Below, one piece after another: positions 25,990 through 38,619 of a stretch of 64,000 nucleotides of DNA. The notes beneath the pieces are model-generated. The model saw only the letters and a list, made by a program, of their open reading frames with translations, ran no database searches and was not told the DNA's origin. The stretch is from Octopus sinensis (Eukaryota). The translations under genes and the position numbers were made by a program. The number at the start of each line of letters is the position of its first letter. Positions within the stretch are counted from its first letter, which is position 1. The stretch lies in NCBI RefSeq assembly GCF_006345805.1, contig NC_043000.1:39060001-39124000 (forward strand), read 5' to 3'.

Positions 25990-27104
25990 AGATGAGGGAA
26001 GCAGAAAGTTAGTAATATGTAATGGTGAACAAATGGAATAACAGAGGTGTGGTGAGAGGTATATAAGGAAAGGGGGAAGAAAAGAATATAGAAGGGGAGG
26101 GTTGAAAAGTAGCAGAGATGTATAAGATATGATGGGAGTAGGAGGACCTGTAGAAAGGGGAGGTATGTTTTGAACGGATTGAGGAACAGTGAGAGGTTCG
26201 CATGGGCGAAGGTGGCACGTAGATGATAGGAAGAGTAAGGTGGGGAATAGTCAGAGAGAGAAGGTAAAAGATGAGAATAAAGTGAATAGAAGAGGAGAGA
26301 GAGAGATAGGTTAGTTGAGGGGGAGGAAAAGAAAGTAAAGAGAGAGAGAGTTGGAAAAAGAAAAGCGAAGGAAAAGGATGAGAAAGTAGTGAGAGAGAGA
26401 AAGGAGGAGGTAAAAAGTGAGAAAATGTATTTTACAGCAGGGAGGGGAAGGAAGATATTGAGGGAAGGAGGGAGCGAGAAGGGGAGGGCGCGTGGAGTGA
26501 AAGAGTGAAGTGGAATAATGTGAAAGTGAGAGAATAGGGAAAGAGGAGTGGTATGAGTAAAATATCGATAGAGTGTTTGAATAGCGTTTGGAGAACTTTG
26601 ACAGTGTTAACGAGAGAGAGGGGGAGAGGGGAGAGAGGGGGAGAGAGAGAAAGAGTGAGGGAGAGAGGGGGTGACAGAGAGTGGGTATGTAGATAAAGGG
26701 ACAGATATAGTGAAAGACAGATCTATAGATTGATAAACAGATCGATTGATACACATATATCGAGTGATAGGAAGATAAATAAATAAATAAATAAATAAAT
26801 AAATAGACAGAGGCACACAGATAGATAGAGAGAGAGAGCGAATGAAAGAGATAGAGAGAAAGAGAAAAAGAATGAAAGAAAAGGTGAGACAGACAGACAA
26901 ACAGATAGATAGATAGATGGAGAGAGAGAGGGAGAGGGAGAATGAAAGAGATAACGGCAAAGAGAAAGGGAGAGAGAGAGAATGAAAGAAAAGGAGCGAC
27001 AGACAGACAGACAGACTAACAAACGGATGAAGGACAAAATGTTAGCTGAATTGGAAAATAAAATTGTGATCAATGAAAAACAATGAAAGAATTAAAGTGA
27101 ACAG

Positions 27105-27149
<45 letters not shown>

Positions 27150-27804
27150 ATGGTGGTGATTGTGGTGGTGGTGGGCTTCGCCGTCGCCAAGGTCCTGATG
27201 GCTGTGTTAATGAATGAATGGCCGTTTGAGGTGATGGTGGTGGTGTTGAGGACGGTGCTAGCGTAAACAGCGTCGTGGCGGAGGTTTATATTTATTAATG
27301 GTGGTGGTGTCGTCGTCGTCGTCGTCGTCGTCGCCGACCTCGTCGTAATGGTGTTAGTGATGGTGACGGAGGTGGTAATAAAGATAAAGGTGGTGGTGGC
27401 GGTGTTGCTGGTGACTGTGGTAGCAGCAGTGGTGTTGCTTGCTGTTAATGCGTTTGTATCAGCAGTGGTGTGGCGTGATGTTGACGGGAGTGGTGGTGGC
27501 GGTGGTGCTGGTGGTCGTCAGCAAATGTAAGAAATAAACGACGATGGTCATGATGGTGATGATGATGATGGTGGTGGTGGTGGTGGTGGTGGTGGTGTGT
27601 GTTAGCGGTGAGGATGTTGTGGTAATGGCGATATTGTAGCGATGGAATCGACGGGGAAAACGAGAAGCGTATAGGAATTTATCAAGAGACAGAGGGAGGG
27701 AACATATAGATGATGGCGGTGGAGTGATGACACTGGATACAACAGCTGGTGGGGATTTGGTGACGATGAGACAGAGGCAGAGAGAGGGAGGGAAAGAGAG
27801 AAGG

Positions 27805-27844
<40 letters not shown>

Positions 27845-27886
27845 CAGAAGATAGATAGATCAGTAGAGTGAAGAAAAGTAGTAGTG

Positions 27887-27942
<56 letters not shown>

Positions 27943-28294
27943 TGTAGTAGTAGTAGTAGTAATTGTAGTGGTGGTGGTAACCGCATGATGTTGTGGACTA
28001 AGGGAGAGAACTCTAATGCATACCTTGTCCAGTAACATTGCATTCTTGTGTGTGCGTACGCTTCTGACAGTGGCTGATTGACGGAAGAAAGTAGCCGAGA
28101 AGGAAAACAATAAAAGTTGAGAGAGAGAGAGAGAGAGGAGAGTGAGTATGAGAGAGTAGAGAAAGAGACAGACAGACGGTGAGACAGAGTTATGGAAAAG
28201 TAACGGATGCCAGCGTTGTAAGGAGGAGAGCTGAATCATTCGTTCATCTGTTTGTCTCTCTTTCTCTCCCTCCCTTCCTCCCACCATCCCTTCC

Positions 28295-28357
<63 letters not shown>

Positions 28358-28362
28358 GTCTG

Positions 28363-28409
<47 letters not shown>

Positions 28410-28985
28410 GTCTGTCTATATCTCTTTCTATCTCTCTCTTTTTCTCTCCCCTTCTCCCCCCTCTCTCTCTCTTTTACTCTCTTTTTCTCCCTTTCGCCTT
28501 CTCTCTCTTCCTCCTTCTCTTTACCCCCTCTGTCTCACTTTCTCTGAATGTGTGTGTGTGTATGTATGTATTTCTCTGTGTTTGTGCAATAATTTCATAT
28601 TTTATAGATACATACATTCATCTTTATATGCGTCTCTCTCACCCTCTCTCTCTCCCGCCCACCCTCTCTCAATATATGTATGTACGTATGTATGTGTGTA
28701 TATGTATGTACGTGTGTATATGTATGTACGTGTGTATGCATATTTGTGAGTACTTGTGAGCGTGTGTGCGTTTGTGCGCGAATGTATGCATTTATGGTTG
28801 TATATATAGAAATGTCAGTCTATATATTTAACTGTTTATTGATCTAAAGGCCGATATATCGATTGATCGATCTATTTGTACACATTTGATTGTATACAGT
28901 CTCACGCATGCATACATATATTTAAAAGAAGTTATGTGCCTCTTTACACCTCTCTCTCCCATTCTCCATCTCTCTCTCGTATACA

Positions 28986-29054
<69 letters not shown>

Positions 29055-29400
29055 CACACATATATAGGCACACTTTTATAAACGTATGAATACATGTATG
29101 TACATACACACACACACACACACACACACATACATATGTTATACACATAGTAATATATACATAATTATATATATGTATATATATATATTTGTACGTATAC
29201 ATTTATGTGTGTATGTATATGTGTGTGTGTATATATACATATACTTATATTATTCATATGTATATATACGTATTTTTATGTATGTATATATATATGAACG
29301 CATATAAATGAATATATACACACGCATATATATGTGTGTGTGTGTGTCTACGTTCGTATATATATATATATATATGTTCGTGTGGGGGGGTCTCTGTGTG
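25990..29400. repeat. Mosaic simple-repeat block: AG-rich, (GTA)n, (GGT)n, (GATA)n, (CTAT)n, (CA)/(TA)n
   Basis: Seen directly; source of many low-complexity ORFs. Confidence 0.9.
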
Positions 29401-29785
29401 TGTGCTGTAGGCGTTCACATGTGAATATATGACTGTATGTCATGTCTGAAGGAATGACAGCGAACGGGGACACCACAGAAATCCTGCAATGGAAGCTTCT
29501 GCAATTTGTATAGGTTAATAATTGTTGTTGGTGGTGGTGTTATTGCAATCGTCATCATCGCCGCCTTCGTCATCCTCATCGTCAACATCACCATCCTGAT
29601 CGTTGCTTTTTGTCTATATCTATTTTTTTTTCTTCTGGTGATATCTTTTTTCAATGAAATCCAAAACCGCCTTCGTTAGTTAAATATCACAAATCGATCA
29701 CAGCATGAATGATTCACACTTTTATTAAACAGTCCAAACAAGCGAAACCCTTGGAAAAGATATACATATATATGTATATATATAT

Positions 29786-29838
<53 letters not shown>

Positions 29839-29843
29839 TAATA

Positions 29844-29907
<64 letters not shown>

Positions 29908-30284
29908 TATACAAACTTATGAGTATATGAAACAAAGGTGATTGAAGAAGGGGAATTTTCCTTGTATTATATGTCCTGTACTCTATTATTTCGTTGTTTA
30001 AGAAAAATGTCCATTTCCTTGGTTTTGTATTCATGTTTTCGTTTCTTATTGTGTTCGACGTTTTTTTGGTGTCTTGTACCCATATATGCATGTATATATA
30101 CATGTAGAGGTAGGTAAGTACATATATGTATGTATATTATTTTATCTAGTTTCAGCTCACGAGCTTTGGCCATGCAGGGGCACCGCCATATCTGCATATG
30201 TTTTATTTTATTTATTAATTTATTATATGACGGAACGCACGCATCCATTTCTAAGTAAGATTGTTCCGTATATATATATATATA

Positions 30285-30834
30285 TGGTGGCTGCCCCCTC
30301 GTTAACGAGTATGGCCATTGCACGAAGCTTAATCAATGTTGTTATCGTGCAATGCCTGTGCAAGAAGATTTTTTTTTAAGTGAGGAAAGGCTGTGCATTG
30401 AGTCAATCCCACTCACAAAGCAACAGCAGCCATAATCCAAAAAGAAGAACAAGTCAACATCATCGGTAACCACTGAGTCGCAGGTTTTATGTCGGAGTTA
30501 TCCCAGTTACTTGAGTTACCTTCTCCTAGAAGGATGCCCTAACAAAGGCTGGGAGTCTTTCACTCCCAATGGTTTAACCGCGCGATCGGTATTCAGTCCG
30601 ATTATTTCTATGTCCCCGCGCATGATACAGCCTTAAGACATTTATTGGATGGCCGTTGACTCTCAAGAGTTCCTCTGCCCTTTGACGGGTTTTGTTTTTC
30701 ATCCCCCAGGGTGTCCAATAAACACCCTCCTCGCCAAGCAAACTTGGTGGAGTTGCCGGTTTAGTCGCCAACGACCCGACCATGCAACAGGTTGTACTGG
30801 GTTACATGTTACCAGTAGCACTCGAAAGTGACCT

Positions 30835-30837
<3 letters not shown>
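30285..30837 (-). mobile_element. ~550-bp non-coding RTE-related element between (TA)n tracts
   Basis: Minus strand contains GGGCATCCTTCTAGGAGAAGGTAACTC..AAACC, resembling RTE 5' UTR motifs; ends GGGGGCAGCCACCA then (TA)n; (TA)n on both flanks; no ORF. Confidence 0.5.
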
Positions 30838-30879
<42 letters not shown>

Positions 30880-31245
30880 ACATTAGGGAATAAATCCAAA
30901 CTTAGAGGGAAAAATTAGATTTAGGATTAAATCCAATTTTATAGTATACATACATTATATCATATTATATTAAATTAGAGATAAAACCACTATTAGGCAA
31001 ATCAAACAGTGATAAACATAAGCCAATACATAAAATTAATTTAGAAATATAGAAGTTAAAAATAAAAAATTATTTAAGTAATTTAAACTTATAAATTTTA
31101 TATATACATACAAATATATATATATATGTATGTATATTTTTATATTTATATATTATTTTATTTATTAATTAATTAATTTTTTTTTCTCTTTATATATTTT
31201 TTAAATATCAAAAGTATTAAAAGTTTAATAAAAGATAAAGAGTAA

Positions 31246-31342
31246 AACTCTACGATCGTTTCATGGCTGTACCAATTCGAAAAACAATAATTTAAATTCA
31301 ATTAATAATTCGAGTTATGGTTACAGTCAATCTTCAGGTTAA
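31246..31342 (-). ncRNA. Type I hammerhead motif with extended stem II in a Penelope-like fragment (30880-31370)
   Basis: CUGAAGA (31337-31331), stem II UGACUGUA/UACAGCCA (7 of 8 pairs), GAAAC-GAUC-GUA; stem I does not pair in this copy. Confidence 0.6.
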
Positions 31343-31678
31343 TGGAAAGAAGGATGCTGTTAAAAAAGTCACATGATATCGGAGTCATGTGATTTTCATA
31401 TCCACGTAATAAAATCGTAGCGTGAGAAATTCAATAACGCTTCGGATATTTTTACTCCTTCACCTTCTCTCAACCACTCATTTCACACGTTTATTTACAT
31501 GCAATCATTCCTACTCGCATACACAGACGCACATACACCCATGTATGCGTGTATGTTTATAGATATGTATGTCAATATCTATCTACCAACCTACTTGCCT
31601 GCCTACCTACTACCTACCTACCTACCTACCTACCTACCTATCTGCCACCCAATCTACCTACCTACCTAAGAACATACC

Positions 31679-31709
<31 letters not shown>

Positions 31710-31743
31710 ATATAATATATATAACATTATATAACACTATCAC

Positions 31744-31804
<61 letters not shown>

Positions 31805-31851
31805 CAATCTACCTATCTATCTATCTATCTGTTTATCTATCTATTTATCAA

Positions 31852-32968
31852 TTGGGTCATCCTATAAATAATGCGGGGTTTTTTTCATTTGCATGAACTA
31901 AAAGTTGGAGAGGGGGTGGGATAAACTACCTGCATCAACTTGCTATAAAAGCAGACAGTAATTTTACCTTGTCCTTATTCTTTGTGCAAGCTTTGAAGAG
32001 TGCACTTTGATATTAATAGTTATTTTTTCAAAGCTATAATGAAAGTGACAAAGGAGCATATTTTGTTTTATGAGTTCAATAAAGTAACAACGCAACGGAA
32101 AGTGCGAGGAATATTAATGCAGTATACGGGGATCGGACAATAAGAATAAGCTGGTGTCAACGGTTGTTCCAGAAATTCCGAGCCGGAAACTACATCCAAG
32201 AAGACGAGTCTCGTCCTGGAAGTTCTGTAGACCTCGACGAGAACGTCCTACAAACCCTAGTAGAACTAAATCCCATCGTAACTGTTAAGGAACTGGATTT
32301 GGTCATTCAACCATTCATCGACACCTGCTTGCCATCGGAAAAGTCAGCAAATTGGATCAACGGGTTTCTCACAAACTTTCCGAGTCTAATCGCGCGCAGA
32401 GAGAGAACGTGTACTCATCTTTTTTGTCACGCCTCACGAATGAATCCTTTTTGGACAGAATAGAGACTGGTGACGAGAAATGGGTTCTCTATAAAAATGT
32501 CAAGCGTTGAAGAGAGTGGGTAAGGAAAGGAGATACACCGGCACCTCAGGCTAAAGAAGGTCTTCACCCACATAAGGTGTTGTTATCTGTATGGAGGGGT
32601 ATGAAAAGTTTAGTCCACTTTGAACTTTTCAACCCAAACCAAATGATAACAAAGGAGATCTGCCAGCAGCTGGAGCGGCTTAAGTCAACGAACATCTTTG
32701 GTTTCAAGACGAACAGTGTTCATCCATTAGAAGATTTGGACGGCAAAATCATGAATTCTGTAGACGAGATCAGAGCAGTAGCGGAGGAGTATTTTTCGTC
32801 ACAGACAATTGAATTTTGGAAGAGGGATCTTTTAATTCTACCAGATAGATGGAAGAGCATTGCTGAAAAGGAAGGAGAGTATATTCTAGATTTAAAAAGA
32901 ACTTTGTTTATCTTAATTTCAAAAAAATAACAGTATGTAAAAACCGAATTATTTATGGGATGACCCAA
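31852..32968 (+). mobile_element. Mariner element with both TIRs, decayed and internally deleted transposase
   Basis: TIRs TTGGGTCATCCTATAAATAAT / ATTATTTATGGGATGACCCAA, TA on the right; protein pieces FQKFRAGN..EDESRPG, TGDEKWVLY, HPHKVLLSVW, LPDRWKSI..EGEY. Confidence 0.92.
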
Positions 32969-33005
32969 TATCTATCTATCTATCTATCTATCTATCATCT
33001 ATCTA

Positions 33006-33043
<38 letters not shown>

Positions 33044-33075
33044 ATCTATCTATCTAGAGATAGATAGATAGATTG

Positions 33076-33121
<46 letters not shown>
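32969..33121. repeat. Head-to-head (CTAT)n / (AGAT)n palindrome
   Basis: Repeat polarity flips at TCTAGA, ~33053-33058. Confidence 0.9.
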
Positions 33122-33122
<1 letters not shown>

Positions 33123-33650
33123 AGTAAATGTTGGGATTTTGAACATTTATGTTCACAGAGGAGGAAAAGCTGCAAAATAGATGAGATACATAACTTTCAT
33201 TATATACATAATGTGTGTGTGCATGTGTATGAATGTATATATATATATATATATATCGCTGTTATTATGTTAAACTTTCATATGTCTAAATTTGGCCAAA
33301 TGCGTTTTGTGATTCAATATCTAATTTTGCTTGCAATACCCGGTTCTTTTGGTCAAACTATCATATCTCCAGCTGCTTCAGATGCCAAGATATTAAAAAT
33401 TGTCAAAGTGTAGTACAACGGTTTAGCATTTTTCAAAAGTGTAATAAGTCCCACATACGACAGTTTTTGCAAAAACATTTCCGACTGAAAATATCGTACA
33501 TGCATGGAGTTACGATTTTATGCCCCCAACAAAGTATTATTGTTTAGCTGAAACTGTTGCTAATGTAAAAAGGAAAGAAATGGTGAAACTATTTTTTCGT
33601 TTTCTGAAAAAGTAACTTTCTGGACCTTCGACATTTTTGTATAACTGCAA

Positions 33651-33714
<64 letters not shown>

Positions 33715-33718
<4 letters not shown>

Positions 33719-34200
33719 GAATACCAAAAGTGGGACAAGAACGCAAAACATCCAGACAGTTAGATAATACAAAAAAGGGACAACAAAACATCCAGACAGA
33801 CGATACAAAAGAAGGACGGGTCATTTGGAGTTTTCTTTCTTCAGTCGAGTTCGAGATTATCTTTGCAATTTCGGCTGGTTATCCTCGAGATTGCTCTAAT
33901 CTGACCAGCCCCAAGGAAAAACTAAGCTAAGAGCATTAGATTCCTTGGAAGAAAGCAGCGAATGTATACGAAAACAAGGACGGGAAAAAAATGGGGAGAT
34001 GGTACACAAATGCAAATAACATGACATTAACAACAAGTGTCTTTTGACTAAGGTTGAATTAAATTAAGTTGACGTGTGTGAAAGTAAAGCCTTACGTCAG
34101 GGACATAAGAGATGACAAGTATAGGGACGAATATAGATGTTGCACGGGTAGTAGTCGAACCAAGGAATAAAAATGGAATAAATATATTACGGACTTTTTG
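33715..34200. mobile_element. Unclassified repeat, possibly Penelope-like pLTR, after (TA)n
   Basis: Duplicated AAAACATCCAGACAG blocks and a GGCTGGT/ACCAGCC hairpin; classification is by recollection only. Confidence 0.3.
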
Positions 34201-34553
34201 TGTTCAACAAATTATGATAATATTAATTTCCGTGTTCAACAAATTACGATAATATGGCTGCATTGAAATATATGCACTGAATTACACAATACAATTGTAT
34301 ATTCACAAATCAATGAGCCAGAACATCATGGTTACACCATCGATCAACTTCATATGCATATATGTGTGTGTGTGCGCGCGCGCGTATGGAGTGGCTATAA
34401 ACAAGTGCGACTGTCATACAAGAGGTGTTCTTTGTCTTCAATCTTCCGCGTAATCATGTCTGGGCATGGTGAAGTATTACCTTACTTGGAAGCAGGTGGG
34501 GGTTGGCGACGGGAACACGTCTCATCCATGCGAGCATGGAAAAGCGGATGTTT

Positions 34554-34616
<63 letters not shown>

Positions 34617-34820
34617 TATATATATACATCATATACACACACACACACAAACACACACAGGCACACACAAAGATACACACACACACGCGCGCGCGCGCGC
34701 GCACACACACACACACACATATATATGCATATAGTTGAAATTTATAGAAAAGCAAAAAACGAAAGACAGTGTATGAACAACAAGCAGGTGTATTAGTTTC
34801 ACACTCGGGAAAGGGAAAAA

Positions 34821-34859
34821 GTCTGTTACGTTTCAAGCCTATGCACCTCAGCAGAAAGG
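34821..34859 (-). ncRNA. Degenerate minimal hammerhead relic
   Basis: Minus strand: CCUUU CUGCUGA GGUGC-auag-GCUU GAAAC GUA ACAG; core and stems carry substitutions. Flank 34735-34820 resembles 13812-13910. Confidence 0.4.
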
Positions 34860-35026
34860 AATAAGAGAAAATAAAAAGAGGGAGAATAAAAAAAAAACTG
34901 TGGATTTAGCGGTCAGGCATGGCGACTGATTAGGAAATAAAAAAGCGTTTGACAGAAGAGACTGAAAGAAGGGGAGATAATAAAGTATTGGTGATCCCAA
35001 AACGAAGGTACGCATATATATTACAC

Positions 35027-35260
35027 GGGCGGCGAGCTGGCAGAATCGTTAGCACGCCGGGAGAAATGCTTAATGGTGTTTCGTCTGCTGTTACGTTCTG
35101 AATTCAAACTTCACCGAGGTCGACTTTGCCGTTCATCTTTTCGGGGTCGATTAAATAAGTACCAGTTACGCACTGGGGTCGATGTAATCGACTTAAACCA
35201 TTTGTCTTTCCTTGTTCGTCCCCTCTATGTTTACCCCCCTGTGGGCAATAAAGAAATAAA
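35027..35260 (+). mobile_element. SINE-A with tail type 2
   Basis: Full head plus TTTGTCTTTCCTTGTTCGTCCCCTCT..TTGTGGGCAATAAAGAAAT. Confidence 0.85.
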
Positions 35261-35499
35261 TATTTTCAGCCGAGACGTTTCAAATGTATCTAATTGTTCA
35301 AGCGCTTCATTTCTATATATGTATTTGTATTGACTCGATTGTGAACATCTACCAACGGTTTCTCCCATTCTTTTGATGTCGTTTCCTATCATCATAAAAA
35401 CCGTCGGCATTTTTGACGACACGGCTATACTAGTTTCTATCATATCTTATTCCTCGTGTATATAAATGTACGCGTATGGGTTGTCGTCGTTCATTTATG

Positions 35500-35900
35500 T
35501 CCAGTCAAACTACTTTTACTTTTATCTTTGTACTTGTTTCACTCATTAGACTGCGGCCATGCAACGGTACCACCTTGAAGAATTTTAATCAAATGAATCA
35601 AGCCCAGTACTTGTGTGTTTTCTTAAACCTAATCCTATCGGTCTCTCACGCGACGTAACAAACCCAACGTCGGTTGCCAAGCAGTAGTTGGCGACAAATA
35701 CAGACGCACAGACACACACATACACACGCATTCGCAAATATATATTTTTATATATGTTTCCTTCTAACAAATTCACTCACAAAGCCTTGGTCGGCCTGAG
35801 GCTAATGTAGAAGATACTTGTTCAAGGCTCCATGCAGTGGGACTGAACCTGGAACCATGTGGTTGGGAAGCAAACATCTTACCACACAACCGCTCCTGCG
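35500..35900 (-). mobile_element. SINE-C with internal CA/TA microsatellite
   Basis: Same head, core and 3' half as 41442-41850. Confidence 0.75.
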
Positions 35901-36853
35901 CCTACCTTTCACATTTGCAATCTTTCACAGAAACGGTTACCTTGTTGCTGTTGTTGTTGTTAATAGTGGTGGTGGTGGTGGTGGTGGTGATGGTGGCGGC
36001 GCTGATGCTGGAAGTGATACTCTTGCCATTGATATTGATGTTGTTATTGTCGTTATTGTTGCTGGCAGTAGAGGCGGTAGAGGTGATGGTGGTGGTAGTC
36101 GTCGTGATCATGTCCTTGTTACTGTTGTCGATATTGTTGTTGCTGTTGTTGTTGATGGTGGTGGTGAAGTAGGTGTTGTTGTTGTTTTTGTTCTTGTTGT
36201 TGTTGTTGTGATGGTGGTGGTGGTTGTGGTTTTGTTCTTGTTTTCTGTTCTTGTTGCTTGTGTTCTCGACTTGGATTGACTACTAGTCAGCACACCTATA
36301 GACCAAACTTAGTATTAAAAATCATTCCATCCGTGACCATACCCTCTTTTATCGATATGCGAGGAACCCAGTACATACATCAATCAATGTCCTTTTCTAA
36401 TGCGCTGTTATTTGCTCGTTGGATATTTGGCAGATATTTCTAGAAGATCGATCGATCATGTAGAACATTCCCACTTTCTCATCAGGCGCTCCGAGAGGAT
36501 GATAGCTGAACCAAGAAAGAACCATCCGTACAACATTTATATTCCTTCCCATGACTTTCATCTTTTATGTCCCTGCCGTAAGGCTTTACTTTCACACACG
36601 CCAGGTTAATTTAATTCGTCCTTAGTCGAAAGACACCCGAATTTGAAATCAGAACGTAAAGACAGAAGAAATAACGCTAAGCATTTCGCCTGGCATGATA
36701 ACATTTCTGCCAGATCGCCGCCTTATTCTTACAATAATATAACTTCTATAATAAAACTCTTGTGTTTTTCACCGTCACAAGAATGAGAAAGGAAGGGTTG
36801 ATCGATGAATAAGGAAGGAAGGAGTGATGGCAAACTGGTGGTATGAAGAACAT

Positions 36854-37060
36854 TCAACGCTTTATGTTGCTGTACTGCTCGTTCTTTCTCTTAAGCCATG
36901 TATAACGGCTTGAGCTCTCAACAGCTTCCGACAATTTTCTGGCAACATCTTTTCTCTCATTCGCAGCTACTCCAACACCCCTGAACATCGAGTGAGGTTT
37001 CTTTTCTGTACGACTAAAGAATCTACCTTCACAACAAATCCAATATTTCTGAGTAGAGAT
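36854..37060 (-). mobile_element. Possible LINE APE-endonuclease fragment
   Basis: FFSRTEKKPHSMFRGVGVAA..SRYTWLK loosely resembles R.DR..GGGVA..WL of APE domains. Confidence 0.25.
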
Positions 37061-37149
37061 CAATGTAGATATGACGAAGTTAGTCCACATTACTCTATTA
37101 GGAGCACATGGTTGGTTTCTTGGTTTCTTTGATGCATCTATTCCCCACC

Positions 37150-37316
37150 TGGGCCGGACACCGATCCGTACCCGGGTTACCTATTAATACTAGTTGAGTG
37201 GACTGGAGCGACGTAAAATGAAGTGTTTTTCAAAGAACACAAGACATCTCCCGATCCACGAATCGCAACTACCATCACGAGTCCAACATCCTAACCACTA
37301 ACCTATGTTCCTCCAC
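37150..37316 (-). mobile_element. tRNA-derived SINE (B-like head)
   Basis: Minus strand starts GTGGAGGAACATAGGTTAGTGGTTAGGATG; central GAGTGGACTGGAGC block on the plus strand. Confidence 0.5.
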
Positions 37317-37489
37317 AAACATAGGACGTAATCCTCCCCCGAATGGCTTTTATATCGGTTTTCAATCTCTGTGCTTTCTAAAAAATGTCGCGCAGTACGA
37401 AACTTATTTGTTTTTCCCAGTTTGTTGAGGGTTTTATTTATGCAGCGCAGTTGTTTAGGGTTTTCCATTTCTGTGGTGGTAAGACAATA

Positions 37490-37770
37490 TCCCAGTGGTT
37501 AGAGCGTCGGTTGTGTGTTGTGTTTTTGCGCAGGACACTATTTCACGTTACTCCAGTTAACTCAGCTATAAAAATGAGTTGCGACATCACTGGTGCCAAG
37601 CTGTATCGGACCTTTGCTTTTCCCTTGGATAACATCGGTGGCGTGGAGAGGGGAGGCCCGTATGCATGGGCGACTGCTGATCTTCCATAAACAACCTTGA
37701 CCGGACTTGTGCGTCGGAAGGGAACTTTCTAGGTGCAATTCCATGGTCATTCATGACCAAATCCGTTTTT
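37490..37770 (+). mobile_element. Further SINE family (CORE-like centre)
   Basis: CCCAGTGGTTAGAGC head, CAGCTATAAAAATGAGT centre, CTAGGTGCAATTCCATGGTCATTCATGACC 3' part. Confidence 0.45.
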
Positions 37771-38619
37771 TAAAACAATATCACACCTGTTAGATATTAA
37801 CAACTTAAGATACGAAACTAATAAAAGGCAAATGTCTCTGTCGAAAAGGCAGTAGAACCTTAAGCACCACCATTAAGTAATAAGACTTAGCTGGTTGATT
37901 GCATCTACCCCAGTTCTTGATTTGCATTTTATTTTATCGGCTCCGAAAGGATGATATGCAAAGCTGACTGCGGCAGAATTTTTGAAAACATTTCGTCCGA
38001 TTTGCTTTCGAATCTGCCAGCTTACCGCCTAAATAATAATCTTCGAGTTTCTTCTTACTTAGAAAATGATTCGCTGAATCGATCCATTCAGCCTTTCCAT
38101 TCTTGCCACTCTCATCCACCTTTCGACAAACATACTAGAAGGTAACATCTCCTTCTCTATCCTCGTTTTCCTCTTCAAATGATATTTGAAAAAAAATTAA
38201 TGCGAGTTTAGCCGGATGGGAAGCTGACACTCTTCAAACCTATATTATTTGTATCAACTTCCAGCGTTCGCTATAACTTTTGGCAAGTTTAAATGATCTT
38301 AATTATATTGAATTGTAGAAACTTACTTACCCGCTTTCAATCATTGCATTCCCTTCCTTTCATTGAAAGATTGATTGAGTGGAATTCAATTATTAAGAAT
38401 AGACAAAACCCGATACAATATTTTCAACAACTTAGTCAACATTAACTTTTTCACTTAGTTGTCTCCCTTGAACCGAATTATTTCCCTTACTATAGTTATG
38501 TCCCTTAGATTTAGCATAAGTTTATATTCAGTTCTAAACGATAGCTGGGCTTCAAAGCTGTTCATTTATTAATCACATACATTTTACTCCCTTTCGATGA
38601 TATCACATTTTCCATATTC

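Noticed and set aside
33865-33925. Minus-strand GGCUGGU/ACCAGCC hairpin followed by GAAA
   Set aside because: The core upstream reads CCUUGGG, not CUGANGA, and there is no NUH; at best a distant relic.
35265-35310. Minus-strand GAAACGUC triplet context
   Set aside because: No recognisable core or stem II upstream.
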